From IMG/VR virus record IMGVR_UViG_3300042558_004148, positions 1-64,000 of that record: a stretch of DNA of 64,000 nucleotides, one strand, 5' to 3'. Below are positions 17,249 to 27,241 of this stretch, in pieces; within the stretch, counting starts at the first letter, position 1, and each line of letters starts with the position of its first letter. The notes beneath the pieces were generated by a model. It saw only the letters and a program-made list of their open reading frames with translations, searched no databases and was not told the DNA's origin. The translations under genes were made by a program, and so were the position numbers.

Positions 17249-19069
17249 ATGAGTAATTTACCCGCAGCAGAGCAACAAGAAACATCCTACTGGACAACAG
17301 CCAGAGTTGATGAATTATTAAGAAGAGTCGATGAGGATGGATTGGATTATAAAGAGGTTGACAATCCCTTTCATGACCAGGATCCTGAACTGAAGAGATC
17401 TAATATTCTTTGGGAATATACCGGTGATGAAATATTAGAGATGAAAAAATGTGCGGAGGACGTTAGTTATTTTGCTAAGTATTGTAAAGTAATGACTGAC
17501 ACCGGATTGGATTATATACGTCTTAGAGATTACCAATCATCAGTTCTTAGAGAATACCAGAATAATAGATTTAATATATTCTTAGCACCCCGACAGGTTG
17601 GTAAATCTATAACTTCCTCGATTATATTAGTTTGGTATCTACTTTTCAATCACGATAAAAATGCGATGATTCTTGCTAACGTCGGTGACACTGCGGAGGA
17701 ATTAATGGATAAGATAAAATCAATTATAAAGGGACTTCCCTTTTACATGAAACCCGGTATGGTTGTCAATAATGTTATGACAATGAGATTTGATAATGGG
17801 TGTAGGGTATTAGCTAAAACCACAACTAAAACTTCAGGTATTGGTTTTACCATACATTTTCTATACATGGATGAGTTTGCCCATATTAATCCTAATTTTA
17901 TGGAGGCTTTCTTTAGATCGACTTACCCGACCGTATCATCATCCAAGGTTTCCCGAATAATAATAACATCGACCCCAAATGGAATGAATAAGTTCTATGA
18001 CATTTATCAGGGTGCAATAACGGGGGAAAATAGTTTTAATCCGATCAGAGTTGACTGGTGGCAAGTTCCAGGCAGGGATGATGAATGGAAAAAGAGGGAG
18101 ATTGGTAACCTTGGAAGCGAGGAATTATTTAATCAGGAGTACGGTAATCAATTTTTAAGCTCTTCGAGTTTACTTTTAGGTTCAGATGAATTAAAAAAGA
18201 TTAGAAGAAACGAGGTTGAGTATGAATGGAGGGAATTAAGTGCTCTTCATTATGGTGATGTAAATTACGAGAATCTATTATGGCATCCAAAGTTTGATAT
18301 AGATAAATGTAATCAGCCGGGGAAAAAATTTGTTATATCAATAGATCTAAGCGGTGGCGGTAGCGGTGACTTTACTGTTATAAATATATTTAAAGTAACG
18401 CCTCTTCCTAAGTTTATAATAGAAAAAATAGAAGAGTTTGAAGATGAAGCTGATTTTTTCGGCCTTGTCCAGGTTGGTGTGTTTAGGGATAATGAGATAA
18501 AATTAGAAGAGGTAACGAAGCTTCTTCAATTATTATGTAGCGAAATCCTTACTGTGGATAGAGTTAAAATAGCTCTCGAGATGAATTATAAAGGTGAATT
18601 GCTTTATGAGAAATTGATGGCGAGGGAGGATTTTTTCGATGAGATGTTTTTATTTACCAAGCACACAGAAGCTGCTAGAGTCATGAAAGTTGGTATAAAG
18701 TACAACGAGAAAAATAAAATGAAATATTGCGAGGTACTAAGAGGATTGATAAAAAGCGATAGAATACTGGTAAATGATAAAAAATGGACGGTACCTGAAC
18801 TTTTCACCTTTGGTCTAAATAACAGAGGCACATATTCTAGCCAGAGTGGACACGATGACGTTGCAATGACACTGGTTAATCTTCCCGGATTATTCGAGGG
18901 ATATGACTTTAACCAATTGGTCGGGGAGGTATTTGACGAACTTGAAGATAATTCATATAAGGATCTCATAATAAAAAAACTTGAGGATGGACAAACTGGA
19001 GAAGAAGACGGAAGAGGTCCAAGTACGAAGGACGGTAAAATGTTTGGAGACTTTAATAGCATGATGTAA
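17249..19069 (+). CDS. gp17: Terminase large subunit (T4 gp17-like)
   Basis: Walker A APRQVGKS, Walker B LYMDEFA, ITSTPNG motif, nuclease SIDLSGG...DF and HDD. Confidence 0.95.
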   Translation: MSNLPAAEQQETSYWTTARVDELLRRVDEDGLDYKEVDNPFHDQDPELKRSNILWEYTGDEILEMKKCAEDVSYFAKYCKVMTDTGLDYIRLRDYQSSVLREYQNNRFNIFLAPRQVGKSITSSIILVWYLLFNHDKNAMILANVGDTAEELMDKIKSIIKGLPFYMKPGMVVNNVMTMRFDNGCRVLAKTTTKTSGIGFTIHFLYMDEFAHINPNFMEAFFRSTYPTVSSSKVSRIIITSTPNGMNKFYDIYQGAITGENSFNPIRVDWWQVPGRDDEWKKREIGNLGSEELFNQEYGNQFLSSSSLLLGSDELKKIRRNEVEYEWRELSALHYGDVNYENLLWHPKFDIDKCNQPGKKFVISIDLSGGGSGDFTVINIFKVTPLPKFIIEKIEEFEDEADFFGLVQVGVFRDNEIKLEEVTKLLQLLCSEILTVDRVKIALEMNYKGELLYEKLMAREDFFDEMFLFTKHTEAARVMKVGIKYNEKNKMKYCEVLRGLIKSDRILVNDKKWTVPELFTFGLNNRGTYSSQSGHDDVAMTLVNLPGLFEGYDFNQLVGEVFDELEDNSYKDLIIKKLEDGQTGEEDGRGPSTKDGKMFGDFNSMM

Positions 19070-19100
19070 TAGTATAACACATAATTCCCATTTTGTTTTT

Positions 19101-19108
19101 GATATATA
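19101..19108 (+). promoter_or_regulatory. Candidate late promoter GATATATA
   Basis: 30 nt upstream of the sheath start. Confidence 0.6.
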
Positions 19109-19138
19109 GTCTAGAAGCAAAAATATCTTTAATAAATA

Positions 19139-22100
19139 ATGGCAAATAAGGTAAAAATAGACTATTCTCAATTCAGAGCATCTGGAGTCTACACACTTGA
19201 GTTTGACGCATCTCAGAATGTTATATTAACATCACAAACGATAAGACTGGTTGTTGGATTTTCTAACAAAGGTCCTTTTAATACTCCGGTTTATATACCG
19301 GATGTTACTACAATGATATCGATCTTTGGAGATGTTGATAGATCATTAGAAAACAAAGGATCTTTTTTCCAAAGATCCATACTAACATGTTTAAATACAG
19401 GTCCTGTTTTCGCGTTAAATCTTTTAAGATTAAATGATGATGAGGAGACTGCAAATCCTGATGAAGTTACGTATCAGTCATATTCACTTGATACCGAAGA
19501 ATATAACGGTGAAGTAACCAGTAGGTTATATTCATCATACTATAACAAGGAGAGATTTTGGTTCGCTGATCCAAATTATTTTCTTGCTACATTAAGTGTT
19601 GCTGATCAGGGTAAACTATTCAATCTAACAAATCTTGGTAAGTCACCTATGAGTATAATTACTAGAAAATCTACGGATTCGTCTAGACCACTTAGAGGAT
19701 ATGATATTTTTGCTATTGATTGGTATGGTGCAGATAACGTTCCTAGTTTTATGCATCCATATGACTATATGGCTGATTATTTCATAGACGTTATCGCAAT
19801 ATATGGTGATTGGACAAATTATCAAGCATTAGCTCTAGATCCTAAATGGAGCACGTACTTTACTGATAATGGATTTATAAAAAGTAGAATTGATAATTTC
19901 CTATCTGAACCTGATGTATCTATAGTTACTTCAGTTACTGGATGTATCATACCTGATTTCGTTGATCTTAATGGTGTTACTCAATACATTCAGGTATTAA
20001 TAAATAACAGTACTCCTTCAACAGGGTTATTTTGTGCAATAGATGAACAAGCTTTCGATGACATATGTGCTAATGGATCTAAAATAGATTTAGTAGGTAA
20101 TCACCTTATCGATGAATTAACCGGTGATAGTGATCTAGCTACTCCAAGAATAAATTTCTTAAGTTATGATCAGGTTCTTGTTTCTGACTACCTTTATACA
20201 CAGAACGTAATAGGAGTAACAGGAGCTACTGGATTTAATAGTGCTACTGGAGCAACTGTTTATACTACTGGATCTAAAGTGGGTACGCTATATACACTAA
20301 CCGGAAATTCTGGAGCAACAGCTGGTATCGTTCAGCAATCATTCTTACCTTATGATGCTAATGCATATGATGGTGGATTACACTATCTACAAACTAGTGG
20401 AACGTACGGAACAACAGCGGGATATTTACAGAATGCAGCTAATGTTAATTCACTTAAGACTTTCTTAACTGTAACATCGTCTAATGACGAGAAATTCATA
20501 TTGGGTGTTGTTTCTGGATATACTGGAGGTTTAACTGGCGCATTACTTAACCAATTTGCAGAGGCAGATTTAGTTAAACTTAAAGTTACTGGTACCAGAG
20601 ATATCTCGGGGGCACTTAGAATTTTCTGGACTCATCCATTAGATACATCATTCTATAGAGGACAGGGTATAACGGTTACACCTACTTTTAATTTAACGTC
20701 ATATAATACGGGAGCTTCTGGAAGTAATCCTTCATTCTATACTAATGCTTACCAATTTGGTAATTCCGATTATCTTGATATTATCAACGTAGCTACACCT
20801 AGTGGGGTTACAGGACCGGGAGCACCTACTGGAACATCAAATGTGCTTGTCGGATATAATGCTTCTGCTCTTTTCCAGGATAACAAATATGCTGAAATAA
20901 CTGATGGAGATATCGCTTGGACCAGCTCGGACGGAACTTCACTTAGATACTTAGGTTTTGAATCAACAGTTGATAAGGACCAGTTTAATATGGTTTATAC
21001 CAGAGCATTTAGTAATGTATCAAGAGCTAACGAAACAATTACAAACATACCGGCATTTGCTAGCACATATGCTTCAAATAATATAGGTCTTCCAGTAGGA
21101 ACACAAGATTTTGATATAATTTCTCAGGAAGGTTCAATTAACCAATTTGTAGATTGTACTAAAATAGACGTTACCACATTCTTGGTTACACTGGATAGTA
21201 ATAGTAACGTTCCATTCTCGGTAGGAGATTTGGTAGTTTCTACTGATCTTGATATATGTGAACCTGCTACGGGTAACAGACAAAGCAGATTAGCAAAGAT
21301 AACATCTGTTGCTATGACAACAACATTAGGAACTTATAGAGTTACCTCAGCTAGACCTGTACTTTATTATACATCAGGAACAGGAATTAGAGTTCAGAAA
21401 TTCAAATCAATTGCACAGTTTACAAGATCTTTTGATTTTAGTTATCTAAGCGGATTTACTATGAACGAATCTCATAGACCAAACGGAAGCGACGCTAGAA
21501 TTTCTGAAATATTGGATGTTATGTATGACACTAATATAGCTAAAACACTGGCTGCTAAGGACGTTATATCATTCAGATACATCGTGGATACTTTCTCTGG
21601 TCAAATATTACCTAACTCTAAATACCAATTAAGTAGATTGGCTAAGCTTAGACAACAGGCATTAGCATTAATAAACGCTCCTTCAATGGCTCAATTTAGA
21701 GCAAGTACGGATCCTAGATTTACTGATGCACCTACAGCGGCTAACCCATATCCAAGATTAAATACTGCTTATATTGTAGATGGTGGTAATTTATCTTTGA
21801 ATCCATCTTATACATTTAGTTTACCTAGTGAGGACGAAGGAGCTAAGTATGCTGCTTTCTATTCTCCTTATATCACAGTAAGAGAAAATAATAGAAACGT
21901 GGAGGTTCCACCTTCTGCTTACGTTTCTAATAACTTCCTAAGAAAATTTGCAAACGGTGAACCTTATGCAATTATAGCAGGACAGAAAAGAGGGGTTATC
22001 AGTGGAGGTAATATAGTTGGTGTTGAATATGATTTTACCGACGAGGATAGAGGAAATCTTGAACCATTCGGTATTAACCCAATTATAAAAAGAAGAGGTA

Positions 22101-22492
22101 TTGGAGTAGTTATTTTCGGTAACCAAACTGCATATCAGCAAGTTAATTCCGCATTTAACCTTGTTCACGTTAGAGATTTGCTAATCAGCGTAGAAAATGA
22201 CGTACAGGAAATATTAGCAAATTATCTATTTGACTTCAATGACGATTCTATCAGACTTGAAATAAAAACATTAGTGGATAACTACCTAGATGGAGTTAGA
22301 GCAGGTGGAGGTATTTATGCTTATCAGACTGTTATGGATGCTTCGAATAATACCCCTGCAATCATCGATATGAATATGGGAATAATCGACATCATAATCG
22401 AACCAGCTAGAGGTATACAGAAATTCATTAATAGAATCACTGTTACTAGAACTGGCGGAATCGCATCAGGAGGATTTATACAATTTGCATAA
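19139..22492 (+). CDS. gp18: Contractile tail sheath protein (gp18-like), enlarged to 1117 aa
   Basis: ASGVYTLEFD N-terminus; C-terminal VPPSAYVS, FGINPI...VIFGNQT, VHVRDLL sheath motifs. Confidence 0.92.
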   Translation: MANKVKIDYSQFRASGVYTLEFDASQNVILTSQTIRLVVGFSNKGPFNTPVYIPDVTTMISIFGDVDRSLENKGSFFQRSILTCLNTGPVFALNLLRLNDDEETANPDEVTYQSYSLDTEEYNGEVTSRLYSSYYNKERFWFADPNYFLATLSVADQGKLFNLTNLGKSPMSIITRKSTDSSRPLRGYDIFAIDWYGADNVPSFMHPYDYMADYFIDVIAIYGDWTNYQALALDPKWSTYFTDNGFIKSRIDNFLSEPDVSIVTSVTGCIIPDFVDLNGVTQYIQVLINNSTPSTGLFCAIDEQAFDDICANGSKIDLVGNHLIDELTGDSDLATPRINFLSYDQVLVSDYLYTQNVIGVTGATGFNSATGATVYTTGSKVGTLYTLTGNSGATAGIVQQSFLPYDANAYDGGLHYLQTSGTYGTTAGYLQNAANVNSLKTFLTVTSSNDEKFILGVVSGYTGGLTGALLNQFAEADLVKLKVTGTRDISGALRIFWTHPLDTSFYRGQGITVTPTFNLTSYNTGASGSNPSFYTNAYQFGNSDYLDIINVATPSGVTGPGAPTGTSNVLVGYNASALFQDNKYAEITDGDIAWTSSDGTSLRYLGFESTVDKDQFNMVYTRAFSNVSRANETITNIPAFASTYASNNIGLPVGTQDFDIISQEGSINQFVDCTKIDVTTFLVTLDSNSNVPFSVGDLVVSTDLDICEPATGNRQSRLAKITSVAMTTTLGTYRVTSARPVLYYTSGTGIRVQKFKSIAQFTRSFDFSYLSGFTMNESHRPNGSDARISEILDVMYDTNIAKTLAAKDVISFRYIVDTFSGQILPNSKYQLSRLAKLRQQALALINAPSMAQFRASTDPRFTDAPTAANPYPRLNTAYIVDGGNLSLNPSYTFSLPSEDEGAKYAAFYSPYITVRENNRNVEVPPSAYVSNNFLRKFANGEPYAIIAGQKRGVISGGNIVGVEYDFTDEDRGNLEPFGINPIIKRRGIGVVIFGNQTAYQQVNSAFNLVHVRDLLISVENDVQEILANYLFDFNDDSIRLEIKTLVDNYLDGVRAGGGIYAYQTVMDASNNTPAIIDMNMGIIDIIIEPARGIQKFINRITVTRTGGIASGGFIQFA

Positions 22493-22522
22493 TATCCCAA
22501 CCAAAGATAAATATTAATAACT

Positions 22523-23077
22523 ATGGCAGGATTACCACATTTTCAAAATTCACTTTCAGGAACAAACAGATTTGAACCTGTTTACCTGAATCAATTTGAA
22601 GTTACTATAATCCCACCAGCTGCAGTAGCTGGTGGTGATCTTTTATTGCAACATGTAACTAAAGTTAGTGGTTTATCTTTAGATAAACACCCTGGATTGG
22701 CTACTCAGAAATATAAGTTTGCTAAAAGAAATTATGCTGGTGCTAAACCAGACCAAACATACCTTGATTTAAGTTTAAGCTTCAATGTCAATCTTAATGA
22801 TGACAATTCGATGTATGTATTTAAGACTTTAAGACAATGGTCAGACCTTATATACAACCCATTAACTGGAGCTATGGGTCTTAAAAATGATTATGTTGGA
22901 ACCATAGTAATATCAATTTTCAATAAGCAAGGTGACGTTTACAGAAGAATCACATGTAAGGATGCTTTTATAACTAAACCAATAAGTCCGATGAATCTTA
23001 ACTATACCTCAACGGATCTTTATAAAATAGACGATCTTCAGTGGGCGGTTGATTATTGGGAAGATTTATTCCTATAA
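22523..23077 (+). CDS. gp19: Tail tube protein, copy 1 (gp19-like)
   Basis: Follows the sheath; NQFEV, LRQWSDLIYNP, VDYWE motifs; GATAAATA at 22506-22513. Confidence 0.85.
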   Translation: MAGLPHFQNSLSGTNRFEPVYLNQFEVTIIPPAAVAGGDLLLQHVTKVSGLSLDKHPGLATQKYKFAKRNYAGAKPDQTYLDLSLSFNVNLNDDNSMYVFKTLRQWSDLIYNPLTGAMGLKNDYVGTIVISIFNKQGDVYRRITCKDAFITKPISPMNLNYTSTDLYKIDDLQWAVDYWEDLFL

Positions 23078-23093
23078 AAATTAAAAAATATAA

Positions 23094-23669
23094 ATGGCAG
23101 GATTACCACATTTTACGAACTCTAGAGCAGCGATAAACAATTTTGAACCTGTTTATCTTAACCAGTTTGAGGTTATTATTAACCCACCTGCTGGTATAAT
23201 CGATGCATCAACTACATTCAATGGTGAGGGTATATTAGCTCAGCAAGTTAAATCTATCACAGGTTTAGCTGTTGATATAACTGCTAATGACCCAATACAG
23301 CAAAATTATAAATTTGCTACCAGAAGATATGCTGGCGGTGAACCATCAACAACAGATATGACATTATCAATGGAATTTGAGGTCAATCTAAATGATGCTA
23401 ATTCAATGACCGTATATAAGATACTTAGACAGTGGTCGGATTTAATATACAATCCATTAACTGGAGCAATGGGACTTAAATCTGATTATGTTGGATCCAT
23501 GAGTATATCAATATTTAATAAAAGAGGTGATGTATTCAGAAGAATTAGAATACCTTCTTGCTTTTTAAGTGAGGCAATAAACCCGATGGAGCTTGATTAT
23601 GAAACACCAGCAATATACACAATTAATGCTAGCTGGATATGTGATTACTGGGAAGATTTATTCCTATAA
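23094..23669 (+). CDS. gp19: Tail tube protein, copy 2 (gp19-like paralog)
   Basis: Shares MAGLPHF, FEPVYLNQFEV, LRQWSDLIYNPLTGAMGLK and DYWEDLFL with copy 1. Confidence 0.85.
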   Translation: MAGLPHFTNSRAAINNFEPVYLNQFEVIINPPAGIIDASTTFNGEGILAQQVKSITGLAVDITANDPIQQNYKFATRRYAGGEPSTTDMTLSMEFEVNLNDANSMTVYKILRQWSDLIYNPLTGAMGLKSDYVGSMSISIFNKRGDVFRRIRIPSCFLSEAINPMELDYETPAIYTINASWICDYWEDLFL

Positions 23670-23692
23670 TACTTTTTTTTATAATATTTTAA

Positions 23693-23721
23693 AAAAAGAG
23701 GTCAAATTTTGGCCTCTTTTT
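23693..23721 (+). terminator. Rho-independent terminator after the tube genes
   Basis: AAAAAGAGGTCA/TGGCCTCTTTTT stem with one G-U pair. Confidence 0.7.
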
Positions 23722-23759
23722 CTGTGTTTGGTTATATAATAAATAAAATTATATAAAAT

Positions 23760-24821
23760 ATGGACAACATATCGCCGGAACAAATATTAAAGGAAAAAGA
23801 ATTATCTAGTGGATTCGTTTACGATGATCCAGTGGAGGATGACAACAAGAGTGATGAATCTGTAAATAGAACATTACAGCAGCCAATTACTGAGGAATTC
23901 AATAAAGCTAGCGAACCTATTAAAACTGAGAAAATTGAAAATCCGGTTACATCTATGGGTAAGGCACAGTCGGTCGGTCCTTCATTCGATAGCGGATGGA
24001 AAAACGTACCAGTTACCATATTACCTTCAAGCGGTTTATTTTATCCAGATGGAACTAGAATAGCTATCCGTGCTGCTGAAGTAAGAGAGATAAGACACTT
24101 TTCTACCATCGACGAAGATGATAGATTGGATATAGAAGAAAAGTTAAGCTACGTGCTCGAAAGATGCCTTAGAATGGATTTCCCTGGTGAGGGAGTGGTT
24201 AGCTATTTGGACATCAAGCAGGAGGATAGGTTTTTTCTGATATTGGCCATAAGAGATTTAACCTTTGTGAAGGGGGAGAATTCAATAATATTAAGGACGA
24301 ATAAAAAATGTAAGGAAACCCCGGAATGTCCTTTTAATGACGGGATAGAATTAAGAACTGGTGTTCTTAATTCATATGACATAGATCCCAAGATAATGTC
24401 ATATTATAATTCAGAAACTAGAAGCTTTGTATTTGATGTAAAGAAAATAAATAAGGTAATAGAAATGACTGTCCCTAGTATAGGGGTTTCTAATAAGATC
24501 AGTGAATTTGTAATAAACTCAGGAATAAAAGGATTAGATATAGACGAAGGATTTTTAAAAATTGCTCCATTTATATTTAAGGAATGGAGGGATCTAACAA
24601 TTGATTCAATCAAGATAAAAATGAGGGAATCTGATTATTGGACAAAGGAGGAATACAGCTTATATTATGAACTTTCCGATAAAATTAGAATAGGCACTAA
24701 TTTGGAGGTTAAACAAAAATGCCCAGTATGCGGTGATGAGGAGGTCACCGCTGATATCAACTTTCCCAGCGGGCTCAGATCTCTTTTCGTTATTTCAGAT
24801 ATCTTTGGAGAACTTCTTTGA
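23760..24821 (+). CDS. Baseplate hub subunit (T4 gp26-like)
   Basis: LPSSGLFY...IAIRAAEVRE N-terminal motif; C-terminal CPVC and GLRSLF end as in gp26-like proteins. Confidence 0.7.
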   Translation: MDNISPEQILKEKELSSGFVYDDPVEDDNKSDESVNRTLQQPITEEFNKASEPIKTEKIENPVTSMGKAQSVGPSFDSGWKNVPVTILPSSGLFYPDGTRIAIRAAEVREIRHFSTIDEDDRLDIEEKLSYVLERCLRMDFPGEGVVSYLDIKQEDRFFLILAIRDLTFVKGENSIILRTNKKCKETPECPFNDGIELRTGVLNSYDIDPKIMSYYNSETRSFVFDVKKINKVIEMTVPSIGVSNKISEFVINSGIKGLDIDEGFLKIAPFIFKEWRDLTIDSIKIKMRESDYWTKEEYSLYYELSDKIRIGTNLEVKQKCPVCGDEEVTADINFPSGLRSLFVISDIFGELL

Positions 24822-24993
24822 TATTAAATTTAGATTATGGAAAGAACATGGATTAGATCCTGAATGGGTAGAATCCATACCATATTATGAATATCAGATA
24901 TGGATCGATAAGCTTAATTCGGCTATAGATCTGGAAAATGCGGAAAATCAAGCAGCCGGAGGACTTACTCAATTATTTAGCTTTACTAAATAA
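24805..24993 (+). CDS. Baseplate hub assembly catalyst (T4 gp51-like)
   Basis: LENFFDIKFRLWKEH...ESIPYYEYQIWI matches the gp51-type pattern; overlaps gp26 in the +1 frame. Start taken as TTG 24805, uncertain. Confidence 0.6.
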   Translation: MENFFDIKFRLWKEHGLDPEWVESIPYYEYQIWIDKLNSAIDLENAENQAAGGLTQLFSFTK

Positions 24994-25020
24994 AAAATTG
25001 AATATATACATTAATAAATT

Positions 25021-26595
25021 ATGGCAGACCAGAAATTAATATCGAGCATATTTGATCTCACTAAAAATGTGGATAAACTTTCTGGCGACATTAAAAAGAA
25101 TGCTGCTAGTACTTCCGAATTGGTAGCAGCTCAAGAAAAAAGCGCAGAGAGCACCAAGGATCTTGGTAAAGTTGCAGAGAGCATAAAGGGATTGGATCTG
25201 AAGAGTCTGAAGGGTGAATTTTCAGAGCTTACTAAAAGCATCGGAGGACTTGATTTTAAGGGTCTTTCCGGTGATCTTAAAGCACTTGATTTTAAAGGAC
25301 TTACCAAGGATCTAAAATCATTGGACTTTAAAGGATTAACTCAGGGATTAAAAGGACTTGATTTAAAGGGAATTGTAGGTGGAGCTAAAGGATTAGATCT
25401 TAAGGGCATTTCCGGGTCATTAGGAGACATCGGATCTCTTAAGGATACAATATCAGGATCACTTGGTGGATTATTAAAAGGCGGAGGAAAGGGAATATTA
25501 GGTGCTTTTGCAGAGGGTGGTGATGTTAAAAAGACTGGTAATTATCTTGTTGGAGAAAAAGGACCCGAAGTAGTTAAAATAAAGGCTGGAGCTGCTGTTA
25601 TACCTAATAACATTTTAAAGGAAAGACAGGATATTTTAAAAAAACTAGGATCTGATGCTCCTAGCGAAAAAGAAATATCCAGAAAAAGAAATGAACTTAT
25701 TGCTGAGGATCCCTCATATTATGAGGATGAGCCAGGCTGGCTAGAGGAGGACCTTAATTCGTATCTAGCGGGACTTCAGGGAAAAGCAACATCTGAATTT
25801 ACGCAAGAGGATTTAAAGAAATTATCTAAGCCCGTAGATAATAAGGCTGAAGAATTGGTGAACCCTTCAGCAGCTCCAGTAAAAACCGACAAAAAGGGAA
25901 AAAGTGAGGAAGATAAAGCCAAACTGAAGGAAAAAAAGGATGGATTATTTTCTAAGATTTTTGGAAAGAAAGATAAGGATGAAGCTGAGAGTGGTGATAA
26001 GAAATCAAAGTTCTCCGATCTAATATCTAAGGGTGGTGATCTACTAAAGGAAAATAAGGATGCACTTAAAGGAAAGGCTTCTGAATTAGGATTAGGTGGA
26101 ATAACAGATATTTTTAAATCCAAAAAAGATGGCGGTGGTCCGGGTGGAATGTTAAATTCTCTTAAAGGTTTAAATAAAAAATCTGGTGAAGACGGAGCTG
26201 GTGGATTATTAAGTTCTATTAAGGGACTGGGTAAAAAATCTGGTGATGGCGAATCAGGTGGCATTAAGAGTGATATAGTGAAGCTATCAAAAAAAGAGAA
26301 TAAATCTGGAACACCTGGTGATTCTCCTTCCGCACCAACAAATCAAGCTACTGATAATAAAAAATCAACAACAGTTTCATCAGCCACTCCATCCACTGAA
26401 TCTTCTAGCCCAACTACAGGAAAAGAAAAATCAGATGCATCCGCTGCAGCATCTTCCATGGACGGAGGTCAATTAACAGCAGCAGACGGAGCTGAAATAA
26501 AGATACTTTTAGCAAGAATGGCATCTGCACTGGAAGGTACGTTAACCGTTTCCTCACTAGAATCACCATTTAGACCGGATTCTAGAAAATTCTAA
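25021..26595 (+). CDS. Tape-measure-like / baseplate hub protein
   Basis: AFAEGG-x-V...YLVGEKGPEVV motif common in tape-measure proteins; position after gp26/gp51; N-terminal 12-aa repeats. Confidence 0.55.
   Translation: MADQKLISSIFDLTKNVDKLSGDIKKNAASTSELVAAQEKSAESTKDLGKVAESIKGLDLKSLKGEFSELTKSIGGLDFKGLSGDLKALDFKGLTKDLKSLDFKGLTQGLKGLDLKGIVGGAKGLDLKGISGSLGDIGSLKDTISGSLGGLLKGGGKGILGAFAEGGDVKKTGNYLVGEKGPEVVKIKAGAAVIPNNILKERQDILKKLGSDAPSEKEISRKRNELIAEDPSYYEDEPGWLEEDLNSYLAGLQGKATSEFTQEDLKKLSKPVDNKAEELVNPSAAPVKTDKKGKSEEDKAKLKEKKDGLFSKIFGKKDKDEAESGDKKSKFSDLISKGGDLLKENKDALKGKASELGLGGITDIFKSKKDGGGPGGMLNSLKGLNKKSGEDGAGGLLSSIKGLGKKSGDGESGGIKSDIVKLSKKENKSGTPGDSPSAPTNQATDNKKSTTVSSATPSTESSSPTTGKEKSDASAAASSMDGGQLTAADGAEIKILLARMASALEGTLTVSSLESPFRPDSRKF
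25249..25428 (+). repeat. Five tandem 12-aa repeats LD[FL]KG[LI]xxx[LA]Kx
   Basis: LDFKGLSGDLKA / LDFKGLTKDLKS / LDFKGLTQGLKG / LDLKGIVGGAKG / LDLKGISGSLGD. Confidence 0.85.
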
Positions 26596-26637
26596 AAATA
26601 AACATCATTTTTATTTTTTTTTATCGATTTAGTTTCT

Positions 26638-26645
26638 TATATTTG
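26638..26645 (+). promoter_or_regulatory. Bacteroidota-type -7 promoter box TAnnTTTG (TATATTTG)
   Basis: Intergenic, upstream of the dCMP deaminase-sigma operon; identical 8-mer before DNA ligase. Confidence 0.55.
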
Positions 26646-26667
26646 TAAGAAATTAATATACCAGAAA

Positions 26668-27237
26668 TTGATACCAAGTAAAGATCCATATAATTACCAA
26701 CAATATTACAAAAGTGACCTGGATTTTTTGGATCAGGATTTTTTAAATATCCCGAATTGGAGGATAAGAAAAAATGTAGATGGACAGGAATCATACGAGA
26801 TCACTGTGGGTAAAATATCAGATATAATTAGTCATAGAAGTGACGAGATATATTTAGAGATGTCCGGAGTCTGGTCAAAAAATTCACATTGTAAAAGAAT
26901 GCAGGTTGGATGCCTGATTGTTAAAAATAAATCAATTATTTCTGATGGCTATAATGGATCGCCATCAGGGTTTCCGAATGTATGTGAATCCGATACGAAT
27001 GATACCTTACCATATGTTTTACACGCTGAGGCAAATGCAATAACAAAGTTAGCTAGAGGAACACAGAGTTCCAATAATTCAACACTATATGTTACATTAT
27101 CACCATGTTTTGAATGCTCCAAACTAATAATACAATCCGGAATAAAACGGGTTTTATTTTCCGAAGTATATAGGAAACCCGAATCAATTGCTTTTTTAGC
27201 AGAGGCTGGAATAGAAATAATCAAATTGACCAAATAA
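26668..27237 (+). CDS. dCMP deaminase
   Basis: HAEANAI and SPCFEC Zn ligands; CKRMQVGC, SDGYNGSPSG. True start may be downstream. Confidence 0.9.
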   Translation: MIPSKDPYNYQQYYKSDLDFLDQDFLNIPNWRIRKNVDGQESYEITVGKISDIISHRSDEIYLEMSGVWSKNSHCKRMQVGCLIVKNKSIISDGYNGSPSGFPNVCESDTNDTLPYVLHAEANAITKLARGTQSSNNSTLYVTLSPCFECSKLIIQSGIKRVLFSEVYRKPESIAFLAEAGIEIIKLTK

Positions 27238-27241
27238 AAAC

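Noticed and set aside
24733-24804. ATG 24733 start for the gp51-like ORF
   Set aside because: The added N-terminal sequence overlaps the conserved gp26 CPVC region and looks non-coding in that frame.
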